A stretch of 64,000 nucleotides of DNA, from NCBI RefSeq assembly GCF_006345805.1, contig NW_021833740.1:6133-70132 (forward strand), read 5' to 3'. The position numbers and the translations under genes were made by a program. The number at the start of each line of letters is the position of its first letter. The first letter of the stretch is position 1. Below are positions 1 to 11,297 of this stretch, one piece after another. This stretch comes from Octopus sinensis (taxonomy: Eukaryota). The notes under the pieces are model-generated. The model worked only from the letters and a program-made list of their open reading frames with translations, made no database searches and was not told where the DNA came from.

Positions 1-718
1 AAATGAAATCAAAAGTTACATTTTTATTCAATCGTTATTTTAGAAACGGTAATTGATGTTTCTACAGAATTCGAAATACTTCAATTGTGTTCAGCCCAAC
101 ACGGTTCATTGGCAACGTATTTCTTCATTGTTAGAGGAACAAGTGAATCAGAAATATGAAACAGTGGGATGCTTGGAAGAAAGGCCTTTAAACTGAAACC
201 GCCATATTGATTAAAGAAGGTTTTATTAACACGAAATTTTATTATTACTTTCGTTGTTTTTGATATTGAGGAAAATAATGGAAGATGTATTTCCATTAAA
301 ATATTAATAATGTATTCATTTATTAACAATACAAAGCTTCCAGAATGGGTTCTGCCTTTGTCTTTAGAGAAATTCTCAATGTATTGTTGAGAAGAAGCCC
401 CCAAACACCCACCCATCTCCATCCCACAGAAACAAATTAAATATCGAAGGAAAATTTTTGGTTCGATTATGATTTCGAATCAATTGGATATGTCGATGAG
501 GATGTATTACAATAGGTGAGACGGTTGGGGAGCGGGAAAGGTAGATTTCCGGTTCAAATAGATTGAGATATCAATAGGAATCTTTACATGTTCTACCAAT
601 AGGTCTGACTATAACTGACTACGCATTTCGAGATCGAAAATCTATACGTTATGGTTGAATTAGGAAATACAAATGGAAGGCGCGTGGCTTAACGGGTAAG
701 TTATTCGGACCACGATAC

Positions 719-806
<88 letters not shown>

Positions 807-820
807 TTATATATATATAT

Positions 821-853
<33 letters not shown>

Positions 854-952
854 AAGTTAATCCAAACAATAAAGCACAAAAAACACAACAACGCGAGGAC
901 GTGGAGCAAATATAGTATTATTGGACGCTCAGGAAAGAAGGAAAGAAGGAAG

Positions 953-987
953 GTTTAACGTTTCGAGCGGAGCTCTTCGTCGGAAAC
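953..987 (-). ncRNA. Hammerhead-like motif with CCGACGA core (family B); second copy 33392-33426 (+)
   Basis: GTTT-CCGACGA-aGAGC(tcc)GCTC-GAAA-CG-TT|AAAC; U4 is replaced by C. Confidence 0.5.
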
Positions 988-1504
988 ATAGGAGAAGGAA
1001 AGATCCAGAGAAGGGAAGACAGAGGGAAAAAAATCGCCAATGATACACACGCGGTAGGTCTCCCTCATCGTTAAACGATGTAATGAAGTTTCGGCAGTTT
1101 CTGGCAGAACAATCACACAAATTATTTCTTTATAGTGATCATATGTTTGTGTAGACATAAGCTTACTCTCTCCATGAAATCCATGTTACCTGTACAGCTG
1201 CCCCGTGTGCCACATGTCAGATGACGAAATGATCGCAAAGCAGCCTGAAGCGAAGAGCTTCGCTCAAGAACACAACCCAACTCCCGGTCTGCGAATGGAG
1301 TCTACGATCTCGCAACCGTGAATGCAATACCGTAGCTACCAAATGAAGGTTATCTGATAATATCCTATGATATGTACATATAAATATATATATATTTATA
1401 CCTATCCACCTATCCATCTATCTACTTATCTATCTATCTATCAATCTATCTACTTATCTATTTGTGTATTTACCTCTCTCTCACTCTATATATCTATCTA
1501 TCTA

Positions 1505-1541
<37 letters not shown>

Positions 1542-1823
1542 AGGCGCAATAGCCAAGTGGTTAGGGCAGCAGGATCGCGGTTTCGATTCCCAGACCGGGC
1601 GTTGTGAGTGTTTCTAGAGCGAAAACACCTAAAATCTCCACGACGCTCCGGCAGGGGGTGGTGATCCCTGCTGTACTCTTTCACCACAACTTTCTGCCAC
1701 TCTTTCTTCTGTTGGCCTGCTCGCTTAGCCAGCGGGGTGGCGTCATTCGAAGGCTAAAACAATGCGAACGCATTGTGACCAGCGATGTGTAACAACATCT
1801 GACGGTCTGTTCGGTCACGTGAT

Positions 1824-1861
<38 letters not shown>

Positions 1862-2015
1862 TATAATAAATATTAGGGAATGAATCCAAAATTACAGGGA
1901 AAAATCAGATTTAGGGTTAAATCCAATTTTATAGTAAAATATTATATAATATAATTCGAGACAAAACCACTATTTTAAAATCAAACAATTTGATACTGAT
2001 TAGAAGATCGAAAAT

Positions 2016-2061
2016 CCACCTGAAGAATGTCAGTAGCAGACATGAAACAATTGTAGTGCGG
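2016..2061 (+). ncRNA. Minimal type I hammerhead ribozyme motif (family A)
   Basis: CAC-CTGAAGA-ATGTC(agtagca)GACAT-GAAA-C(aatt)G-TA|GTG: intact core, stems I/II/III, GUA cleavage triplet. Confidence 0.75.
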
Positions 2062-2139
2062 TTTATTTAATTTATATTAAAATTTTATGTATTGATTAAG
2101 TCTTTCCTTGTTTGATTTTAAAATAGTGGTTTTGTCTCG

Positions 2140-2227
<88 letters not shown>

Positions 2228-3844
2228 CATACATAAATATCTACCCCTACATCCTTTTATGCATGAATCTCTCTTTGTAGGTTTATAAACACGGTTTTTA
2301 ATCATTCTTTAAAAGGAACTGATCATAATTTCCGAAATTAGTTTTACTGACTTTTAATCTTTGATATTTCAATACATGGAAACACGAAGAAGGTTTAAAT
2401 TACGAACGTATATAAAAGGAGAATGCAATATAAAGTCTGAACGTGTAGAATGAGAAAAACAAAATGGAATGTTAAAGGAAATTTTCTTTTAGCAATTTCC
2501 TATTTTATGGCATGCTAATCAGAAACTATAATCGAAGGAATATTGAAAATAGATTTACCTCAGGAAGATCATTTCCCAGAAAATTGAACAGGAATTTTTT
2601 TGACGTGACACGAAATATTAAACAGCATACGATTCTTCAGGAAATAAAACACAGAGAGAAATAAAACGATATATACGTAGCAGCATGCTTCCCTTCTGAC
2701 ACTCCACAATAGGAGAATCGTATACGATGTATCCCTCTTAATATAAATGTGAATTCACTTGAAGAACATAATTTGCCTCGAGCGAATATTTTGCGTTGGA
2801 CAATTTATGAGCGATGTCGTTGGTTGAAATTTGATGCATTTTAATCGACAAGACAGCATAGATAAAACAAAACAGAGAAGCCCCTGTTTTTTGCATGTGA
2901 ACTTTTAATATTCTAATTAGGAAAATGAAAAGGAATTAATGAAAAGAAACTGCACAATGAAAGGTCTATAATGGGCGGAAAAAGATACAGCATTTAATAA
3001 AAATGTTGTAAATTCGCAAAAAAGGCGGCCATCCTTATCGGAAATATGTAAATCTTAACGCAAAATCTCTCAGCATGTATTGGGAATTTATTTGCGTGAG
3101 GTTGATTATGGGATAAGATTACAGGAAAGTGTATACGGATATATAAAGATTGAAATAGATATGAGAAAAATTAAATTTTCTCTCACGTACTGGATTTAGC
3201 GGTGGTTTGGGTACATGTTACATTGTTAGAATTAAACAGAAGTGGAAATGACTAAGGTTGGGACGATTGGCGAGAAATTATCTCAAGTGTTACGAAATGC
3301 AGACTATATATATATAATGATAAATCTCAGAGCGAGTTATAAACAGTAGCGGTAACACATCGTGACGCATATTTGCCATTTGAGTATGGCTAACCCCTAA
3401 GGGTGGATGCTACTGTAGTTTGTAGTCCCAGGAAGATATCTCCTCCAGCTGGCTATAGACACACTATCTGTGTCCTCTCAGTATTTGTGAAGGGAAGTCA
3501 TCCTCCCCGTCTTCAACTCATGATACACACGGACCCGAGTTTCAAGGTGTTTACCTTTCATCAGCGCGTGACAATCATGGTTGTCGACGAGAAGGCAGCT
3601 CCCTTCACAAATACATATACTTTTTCCAGTGTCGATTGACACTGATATTGAAAAAGTGAAATCAAACAATGATAAATCTCAGAGCGAGTTATAAACAGTA
3701 GCGGTAACACATCGTGACGCATATTTGCCATTTGAATATGGCTAACCCCTAAGGGTGGATGTTACTGTAGTTTGTAGCCCCAGGAAGATATTCCTCCAGC
3801 TGGCTATAGACACACTATAGAATACATATACTATACATACATAC

Positions 3845-3892
<48 letters not shown>

Positions 3893-4236
3893 GTATGTAT
3901 AGTATATGTATTCTTTTATTCTTACTTGTTTCAGTCATTTCACTGCGCCCATGCTGGAGCAACGCCTCTTAGTTGAAAAAAATCGACACCCACGACTTAT
4001 GCTTTGTAAGCCTGGTACTTATTGTATCGGTCTCTTTTGTCTAAACACTAAGTTACGGGAACGTAAGCCTCCGACATTGGTTGTCAAGCGATCGTGTGCG
4101 GGGAGGACAAATACAAACACAAAGACGCACGCACACACACACACACATAGATATATACACAACAGGCTTCTTTCAGTTTCCGTCTACCAATTCCGCTCAC
4201 AAGGCTTTGGTACAATATACATATATATATATATAA

Positions 4237-4284
<48 letters not shown>

Positions 4285-4481
4285 ATATATATATATACAC
4301 ATATATATATAGATATATACATATATAGGGAAAATTCACAAAAAGCAAAAGACGAAAACATGGGGTGTAGACAACAAACAGATGTATTAGTATAACGCTC
4401 GGGAATTGAAAAAGTTTTTAACGTTTCGAGCCTACGCTCTTCCACAGAAAGAAACACAGAAGGAAACAAGGAGAGAAAGAA

Positions 4482-4524
<43 letters not shown>

Positions 4525-4711
4525 ATATACATATATATATAGATATATACATATATAGGGAAAATTCACAAAAAGCAAAAGACGAAAACATGGGGTGTAG
4601 ACAACAAACAGATGTATTAGTATAACGCTCGGGAATTGAAAAAGTTTTTAACGTTTCGAGCCTACGCTCTTCCACAGAAAGAAACACAGAAGGAAACAAG
4701 GAGAGAAAGAA

Positions 4712-4784
<73 letters not shown>

Positions 4785-6192
4785 TAGAAAGATACATAGA
4801 TAGATAGAGATATAGATATATACATGTATGTATGTATGTATGTATGTATGTATGTATGTATGTATGTATGTATGTATGTATGTATGTATGTGTATATGTA
4901 TTTATAGATGTACGTTTGCATAATGTGTGTGAGAGTTTCAAAATATATAGTATGCTGTCTTAGACGTCAACTCTTGTGATGTTTGAACATACATAAAACG
5001 AAGACAATCATGGAATACGGTTACATATTAATGGAAAATAATCTTTTCTGTATCTACCATCATTCATTTACAAAATGGCATTGTCCATTAAACAACTATA
5101 AAAATGCCAAAATATGACTCTTTGATAAATGCTAAAATAATTTCAAAGTGGTTTCTTGTTGGCGAATATTGTGTGAATAGTATTCGTATCGAAATATAAT
5201 TCAATTTAAAATAGTTTAGTATATTTCATTTCAGACAATGTCTTTCCTCTCTTATCCTCTCTTATTCTCTCTCTGCCTACCTATCTCCTTTCTCTTACTC
5301 TCTTTCTCTCTCTGCGCTTCTTTCTCTCCTGGTTTTCTCTGTCTCTACCTCATTCTCTCACTTCGAATTAGTATTTCTTGCATTGAAAATGTCAGCCATA
5401 TATCTTACTAAAACCAATAACATTCTATTTCTTTCCACTCTGTCTCTCATTTATTTCATTTAACAATTTTCTCACCGGACAGGTTCTAAGTAGTTGTCGT
5501 GAAAAGAATGCTTCTATGTTACTTAATACGTGGAAAACTTTTAATATATATCATTTACAAAGCAATTGTATTTCATTAGTAACGTGAGCCGAAAGAGGCT
5601 GTCACGTTTCGTATTAATTGGTGAATTCACTGTAATCTGTGTGGATAATATGTCGGACTATCTGCCGAAGGTCTTTGTTCTAAATAGGCAATGCCTTATA
5701 TCTATGACGAAGATATGCCGGTGTGTTTATACTCCTCAACATAACATTAGCGGTAGAAAGGGTAGATATTTATAATCGAAAACTGAAAGAGCGTCCGACA
5801 CGCATTAATCCAAATGCTTAATCATAGACTGAAGTGGATCACGTAACTGACACGTGTTTCATTAATTCGTTCCAAATACTACCAAGACTGTGAACCAGAA
5901 TTCTAGCTTTGAGAGTGCATTCCTATTAAGCTAGGTCCTAATTACTCAGTCATATGACCAACTCGACATGTAGCGTGTGATACACCGTGTATGTTTACAT
6001 GTAATGTTGAAATAATGGACGGAGAGTGAGATAATGTAGATTACAAATATTGGATTGTCAGGTGATTCTTTATTACCCACTAGGGGCGACACAGAGGGGG
6101 ACACCAAAAGACATGGGGACATAGAACATTATAATTAAAATTTATGAAAAATGAATTGTTAAGTGAAAGAAAATGATAATATGAAAGCGATA

Positions 6193-7631
6193 CTAACGGC
6201 CCCATCCGTTAGCATCACTTACCTGTCCTTTGTTTTTCATCGTCACTTGAATGTTCTTGCCAATACGAATAAATTCCATATCCATTCTTACTCCGAATAC
6301 TCATCCATATTTTCCACGAATTCATCGCTCATTCTTATATCTTTCACCTCCCAATTCTCCCTTTCACACCTCACCATAAACTCATGTATGTTCTTCTTTT
6401 CAATCACAGCATACCTAGTCTCACCAACTTCATACATTTATACTCTTCCATTAGACTTTTAACTTCTATCTGTTCAGTCATAGTACAAATGTACGGCCTG
6501 ATATCGATTTCAATCTCTTGTCTGTGTGTATTATTTTTTTCTTTTGTTTGTTTTCTTGTTGGGGGGGAGCGGGTGGGTTCACTGTCTGCAGAATAGGGTG
6601 GGACTCAGAGGGTGTGGGTGGTTTTGGGGTAGATTGGTGTTCCATGTTATTTTCTTTTCCTCGTATTCTTCTCTTCCTCTTATTTCCAGCTTCCTTCCAT
6701 TTCTGTGTATTCTGTTCCTCTTCTACTGTCTCCTTCTCCTCTGGTTCTGCTTCTCTCTCTGTGGTTCGGAATCCATTTCTTTCCCTGGGGGAGGGCAGAA
6801 GGCTCTTATGTGACCCCTCAGGCCACACTTGTAACAACGTGGAGCCCTGCCCTCCACCCACACTCTCATGATCACGTCTCCCAATCTGATGCTTTCCGCC
6901 AGGTCCACCAGTACCTCGTTCTCTGCCGTACGTTCAGCTCCACTGTTACGCCTCTCCAGCCCTCGGACTTAACCGAGCATGGAGAATATCCACTTTCTCC
7001 TCGTGGCCGCTGATCACAGCCGCCACAATCCACTCTGCCTCCACGTTGGTGGCACTCCCTCCACCCTTATTCGTGTAATCCTTCTGTTTAAATACGTAGG
7101 CAACAGTGTTACCTTTTCTGACTTCACCGCCTTCGCCGCCATCTTCCTCGCTGCAGATTCACTTTCAAAATGTACCACTACGGTACCATACTTGGATCCT
7201 CGAGTCAGAAAATTAATTTCCTCCTCCGATCTTCTCAGGGCCTCCTCTATCCACTCCATGGTTACAACTTCTACCCTCTTCCTTTCGTTTGCGAACACCC
7301 TGTAAATAATGGTCCTCTTATCATACCATTCTTTTCTCCTGGGTGTCGGTGCCAATTCCACCTCACCGCTTTCCTTTTTCATGTATTTCTGGTAACTTGG
7401 TAGCTTGGCCAAGTCGACCCCTTTCTCTTCCGCTTTCTTGGTTACACCGGCATAGGTATAACCCAGCTTCTCGTCCAATTTCCTTGCTGCCATTTCTAGC
7501 TCCTTCTCAGACGTAGACAAGTCTGATAAAGACTCGAAAACTCCAGCCTTTTCTTCCATCAGCTTCATTGTAATTGCCTGTTCCAGTTCCTCATCTGTCG
7601 TGGACAAGTCTGTTAGAGACTCATAGTCCAT
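6193..7631 (-). pseudogene. ORF1 copy 1, frameshifted
   Basis: ORF-track fragments 7014-7631, 6723-6908 and 6478-6861 match copy 2; indels may be sequencing error. Confidence 0.8.
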
Positions 7632-7948
7632 TTCCTTCTGTCTGACAGACCGAAAACGGCCGCCAAAACAGAAAAAAGTTTAACGCGCCGAACCAGCGAA
7701 ACGCGAAACCGCATCAACGCCGTTCAGAATTTCCACAACAACAACAACGCTTTTTGTTCTTTTTTACCGAATTTTCAGCAGCCGAAACAAACACAACCGA
7801 CCAAATGGGTAGGATTTGTGATTCTTTATTAGCCACCAGGGGGCGACACAGAGGGGGACACCACAAGACATGGGGACATAGAACATTATAATTAAAATTT
7901 ATGAAAAATGAATGTTAAGTGAAAGAAAATGATAATATGAAAGCGATA

Positions 7949-9391
7949 CTAACGGCCCCGTCCGTTAGCATCACTTACCTGTCCTTTGTTTTTCATCGTC
8001 ACTTGAATGTTCTTTGCCAATACGAATAAATTCCATATCCATTTTTACTCCGAAATACTCATCCATATTTTCCACGAATTCATCGCTCATTCTTAATCTT
8101 TCACCTCCCAATTCTCCCTTTCACACCTCACCATAAACTCATCTATGTTCTTCTTTTCAATCACAGCATACCTAGTCTCACCAACTTCATACCATTTATA
8201 CTCTTCCATTAGACTTTTAACTTCTTTCTGTTCAGTCATAGTACAAATGTACGGCCTGATATCGATTTCAATCTCTTGTCTGTGTGTATTATTTTTTTTC
8301 TTTTGTTTTCTTGTTGGGGGGGAGCGGGTGGGTTCAATGTCTGCATGGATAGGGTGGGACTCAGAGGGTGTGGGTGGTTTTGGGGTAGATTGGTGTTCCA
8401 TATTATTTTCTTTTCCACGTATTCTTCTCTTCCTCTTATTTCCAGCTTCCTTCCATTTCTGTGTATTTTCTTCCTCTTCTACTGTCTCCTTCTCCTCTGG
8501 TTTCTGCTTCTCTCTCTGTGGTTCGGAATCCATTTCTTTCCCTGGGGGAGGGCAGAAGGCTCTTATGTGACCCCTCAGGCCACACTTGTAACAACGTGGA
8601 GCTCTGCCCTCCACCCACACTCTCATGATCACGTCTCCCAATCTGATGCTTTCCGCCAGGTCCACCAGTACCTCGTTCTCTGCCTGTACGTTCAGCTCCA
8701 CTGTTACGCCTCTCCAGCCCTCGGACTTAACCGAGGCATGGAGAATATCCACTTTCTCCTCGTGGCCGCTGATCACAGCCGCCACAATCCACTCTGCCTC
8801 CACGTTTGGTGGCACTCCCTCCACCCTTATTCGTGTAATCCTTCTGTTTAAATACGTAGGCAACAGTGTTACCTTTTCTGACTTCACCGCCTTCGCCGCC
8901 ATCTTCCTCGCTGCAGATTCACTTTTAAAATGTACCACTACGGTACCATACTTGGATCCTCGAGTCAGAAAATTAATTTCCTCCTCCGATCTTCTCAGCG
9001 CTTCCTCTATCCACTCCATGGTTACAACTTCTACCCTCTTCCTTTCGTTTGCGAACACCCTGTAAATAATGGTCCTCTTATCATACCATTCTTTTCTCCT
9101 GGGTGTCGGTGATAGTTCCACCTCACCGCTTTCCTTTTTCATGTATTTCTGGTAACTTGGTAGCTTGGCCAAGTCGACCCCTTTCTCTTCCGCCTTCTTG
9201 GTTACACCGGCATAAGTATAACCCAGCTTCTCGTCCAATTTCCTCGCTGCCATTTCTAGCTCCTTCTCAGACGTAGAAAAGTCTGATAAAGACTCGAAAA
9301 CTCCAGCCTTTTCTTCCATCAGCTTCATTGTAATTGCCTGTTCCAGTTCCTCATCTGTCGTGGACAAGTCTGTTAGAGACTCATAGTCCAT
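7949..9391 (-). CDS. ORF1/gag-like nucleic-acid-binding protein with RRM-like regions and one CCHC zinc knuckle (copy 2)
   Basis: 432-aa ORF 8093-9391 containing CYKCGLRGHIRAFC (C-X2-C-X4-H-X4-C, 8552-8593). Copy 3 shows the frame should continue about 48 aa to TAG at 7949-7951 (consensus about 480 aa); a 1-bp deletion near 8095 truncates this copy. Confidence 0.85.
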
Positions 9392-9862
9392 TTCCTTCTG
9401 TCTGACAGACCGAAAACGGCCGCCAAAACAGAAAAAGTGTAACGCGCAGAACGAGCGAAACGCGAAACCGCATCAACGCCGTTCAGAATTTCCACAACAA
9501 CAACAACGCTTTTTCTTCTTTTTTACCGAATTTTCAGCAGCCGAAAAAAACACAACCGACCAAATGGGTAGGATTTGGTGATTCTTTATACCCACTAGGG
9601 GCGACACAGAGGGGGACACCAAAAGACATGGGGACATAGAACATATAATTAAAATTTATGAAAAATGAATTGTTAAGTGAAAGAAAATGATAGTATGAAA
9701 GCGATACCAACGGCCCCAAATGGGTAGGATTCGATTCTTTATTACCCACCAGGGGGCGACACAGAGGGGGACACCAAAAGACATGGCGACATAGAACATT
9801 ATAATTAAAATTTATGAAAAATGAATTGTTAAGTGAAAGAAAATGATAATATGAAAGCGATA

Positions 9863-11297
9863 CTAACGGCCCCGTCCGTTAGCATCACTTACCTGTCCTT
9901 TGTTTTTCATCGTCACTTGAATGTTCTTGCCAATACGAATAAATTCCATATCCATTTTTACTCCGAAATACTCATCCATATTTTCCACGAATTCATCGCT
10001 CATTCTTATATCTTTCACCTCCCAATTCTCCCTTTCACACCTCACCATAAACTCATCTATGTTCTTCTTTTCAATCACAGCATACCTAGTCTCACCAACT
10101 TCATACCATTTATACTCTTCCATTAGACTTTTAACTTCTTTCTGTTCAGTCATAGTACAAATGTACGGCCTGATATCGATTTCAATCTCTTGTCTGTGTG
10201 TATTATTTTTTTCTTTTGTTTTCTTGTTGGGGGGGAGCGGGTGGGTTCAATGTCTGCATGGATAGGGTGGGACTCAGAGGGTGTGGGTGGTTTTGGGGTA
10301 GATTGGTGTTCCATGTTATTTTCTTTTCCTCGTATTCTTCTCTTCCTCTTATTTCCAGCTTCCTTCCATTTCTGTGTATTCTCTTCCTCTTCTACTGTCT
10401 CCTTCTCCTCTGGTTTCTGCTTCTCTCTCTGTGGTTCGGAATCCATTTCTTTCCCTGGGGGAGGGCAGAAGGCTCTTATGTGACCCCTCAGGCCACACTT
10501 GTAACAACGTGGAGCTCTGCCCTCCACCCACACTCTCATGATCACGTCTCCCAATCTGATGCTTTCCGCCAGGTCCACCAGTACCTCGTTCTCTGCCTGT
10601 ACGTTCAGCTCCACTGTTACGCCTCTCCAGCCCTCGGACTTAACCGAGGCATGGAGAATATCTACTTCCTCCTCGTGGCCGCTGATCACAGCCGCCACAA
10701 TCCACTCTGCCTCCACGTTTGGTGGCACTCCCTCCACCCTTATTCGTGTAATCCTCTGTTTAAATACGTAGGTAACAGTGTTACCTTTTCTGACTTCACC
10801 GCCTTCGCCGCCATCTCCTCGCTGCAGATTCACTTTTAAAATGCACAACTACGGTACCGTACTTGGATCCTCGAGTCAGAAAATTAATTTCCTCCTCAGT
10901 TCTTCGCAGGCCTTCTCTATCCACTCCATGGTTACAACTTCTACCCTCTTCCTTTCGTTTGCGAACACCCTGTAAATAATGGTCCTCTTATCATACCATT
11001 TTTTCTCCTGGGTGTCGGTGCTAGTTCCACCTCACCGCTTTCCTTTTTCATGTATTTCTGGTAACTGGTAGCTTGGCCAAGTCGACCCCTTTCTCTTCCG
11101 CCTTCTTGGTTACACCGGCATAAGTATAACCCAGCTTCTCGTCCAATTCCTCGCTGCCATTTCTAGCTCCTTCTCAGACGTAGACAAGTCTGATAAAGAC
11201 TCGAAAACTCCAGCTTTTCTTCCATCAGCTTCATTGTAATTGCCTGTTCCAGTTCCTCATCTGTCGTGGACAAGTCTGTTAGAGACTCATAGTCCAT
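9863..11297 (-). pseudogene. ORF1 copy 3, frameshifted
   Basis: Fragments 11163-11381, 10150-10848 and 9863-10153 match copy 2 and supply the intact C-terminus. Confidence 0.8.

Noticed and set aside
6384-10975. Plus-strand ORFs overlapping the ORF1-only array
   Set aside because: Antisense shadows of the purine-rich ORF1 sequence; they differ between copies.
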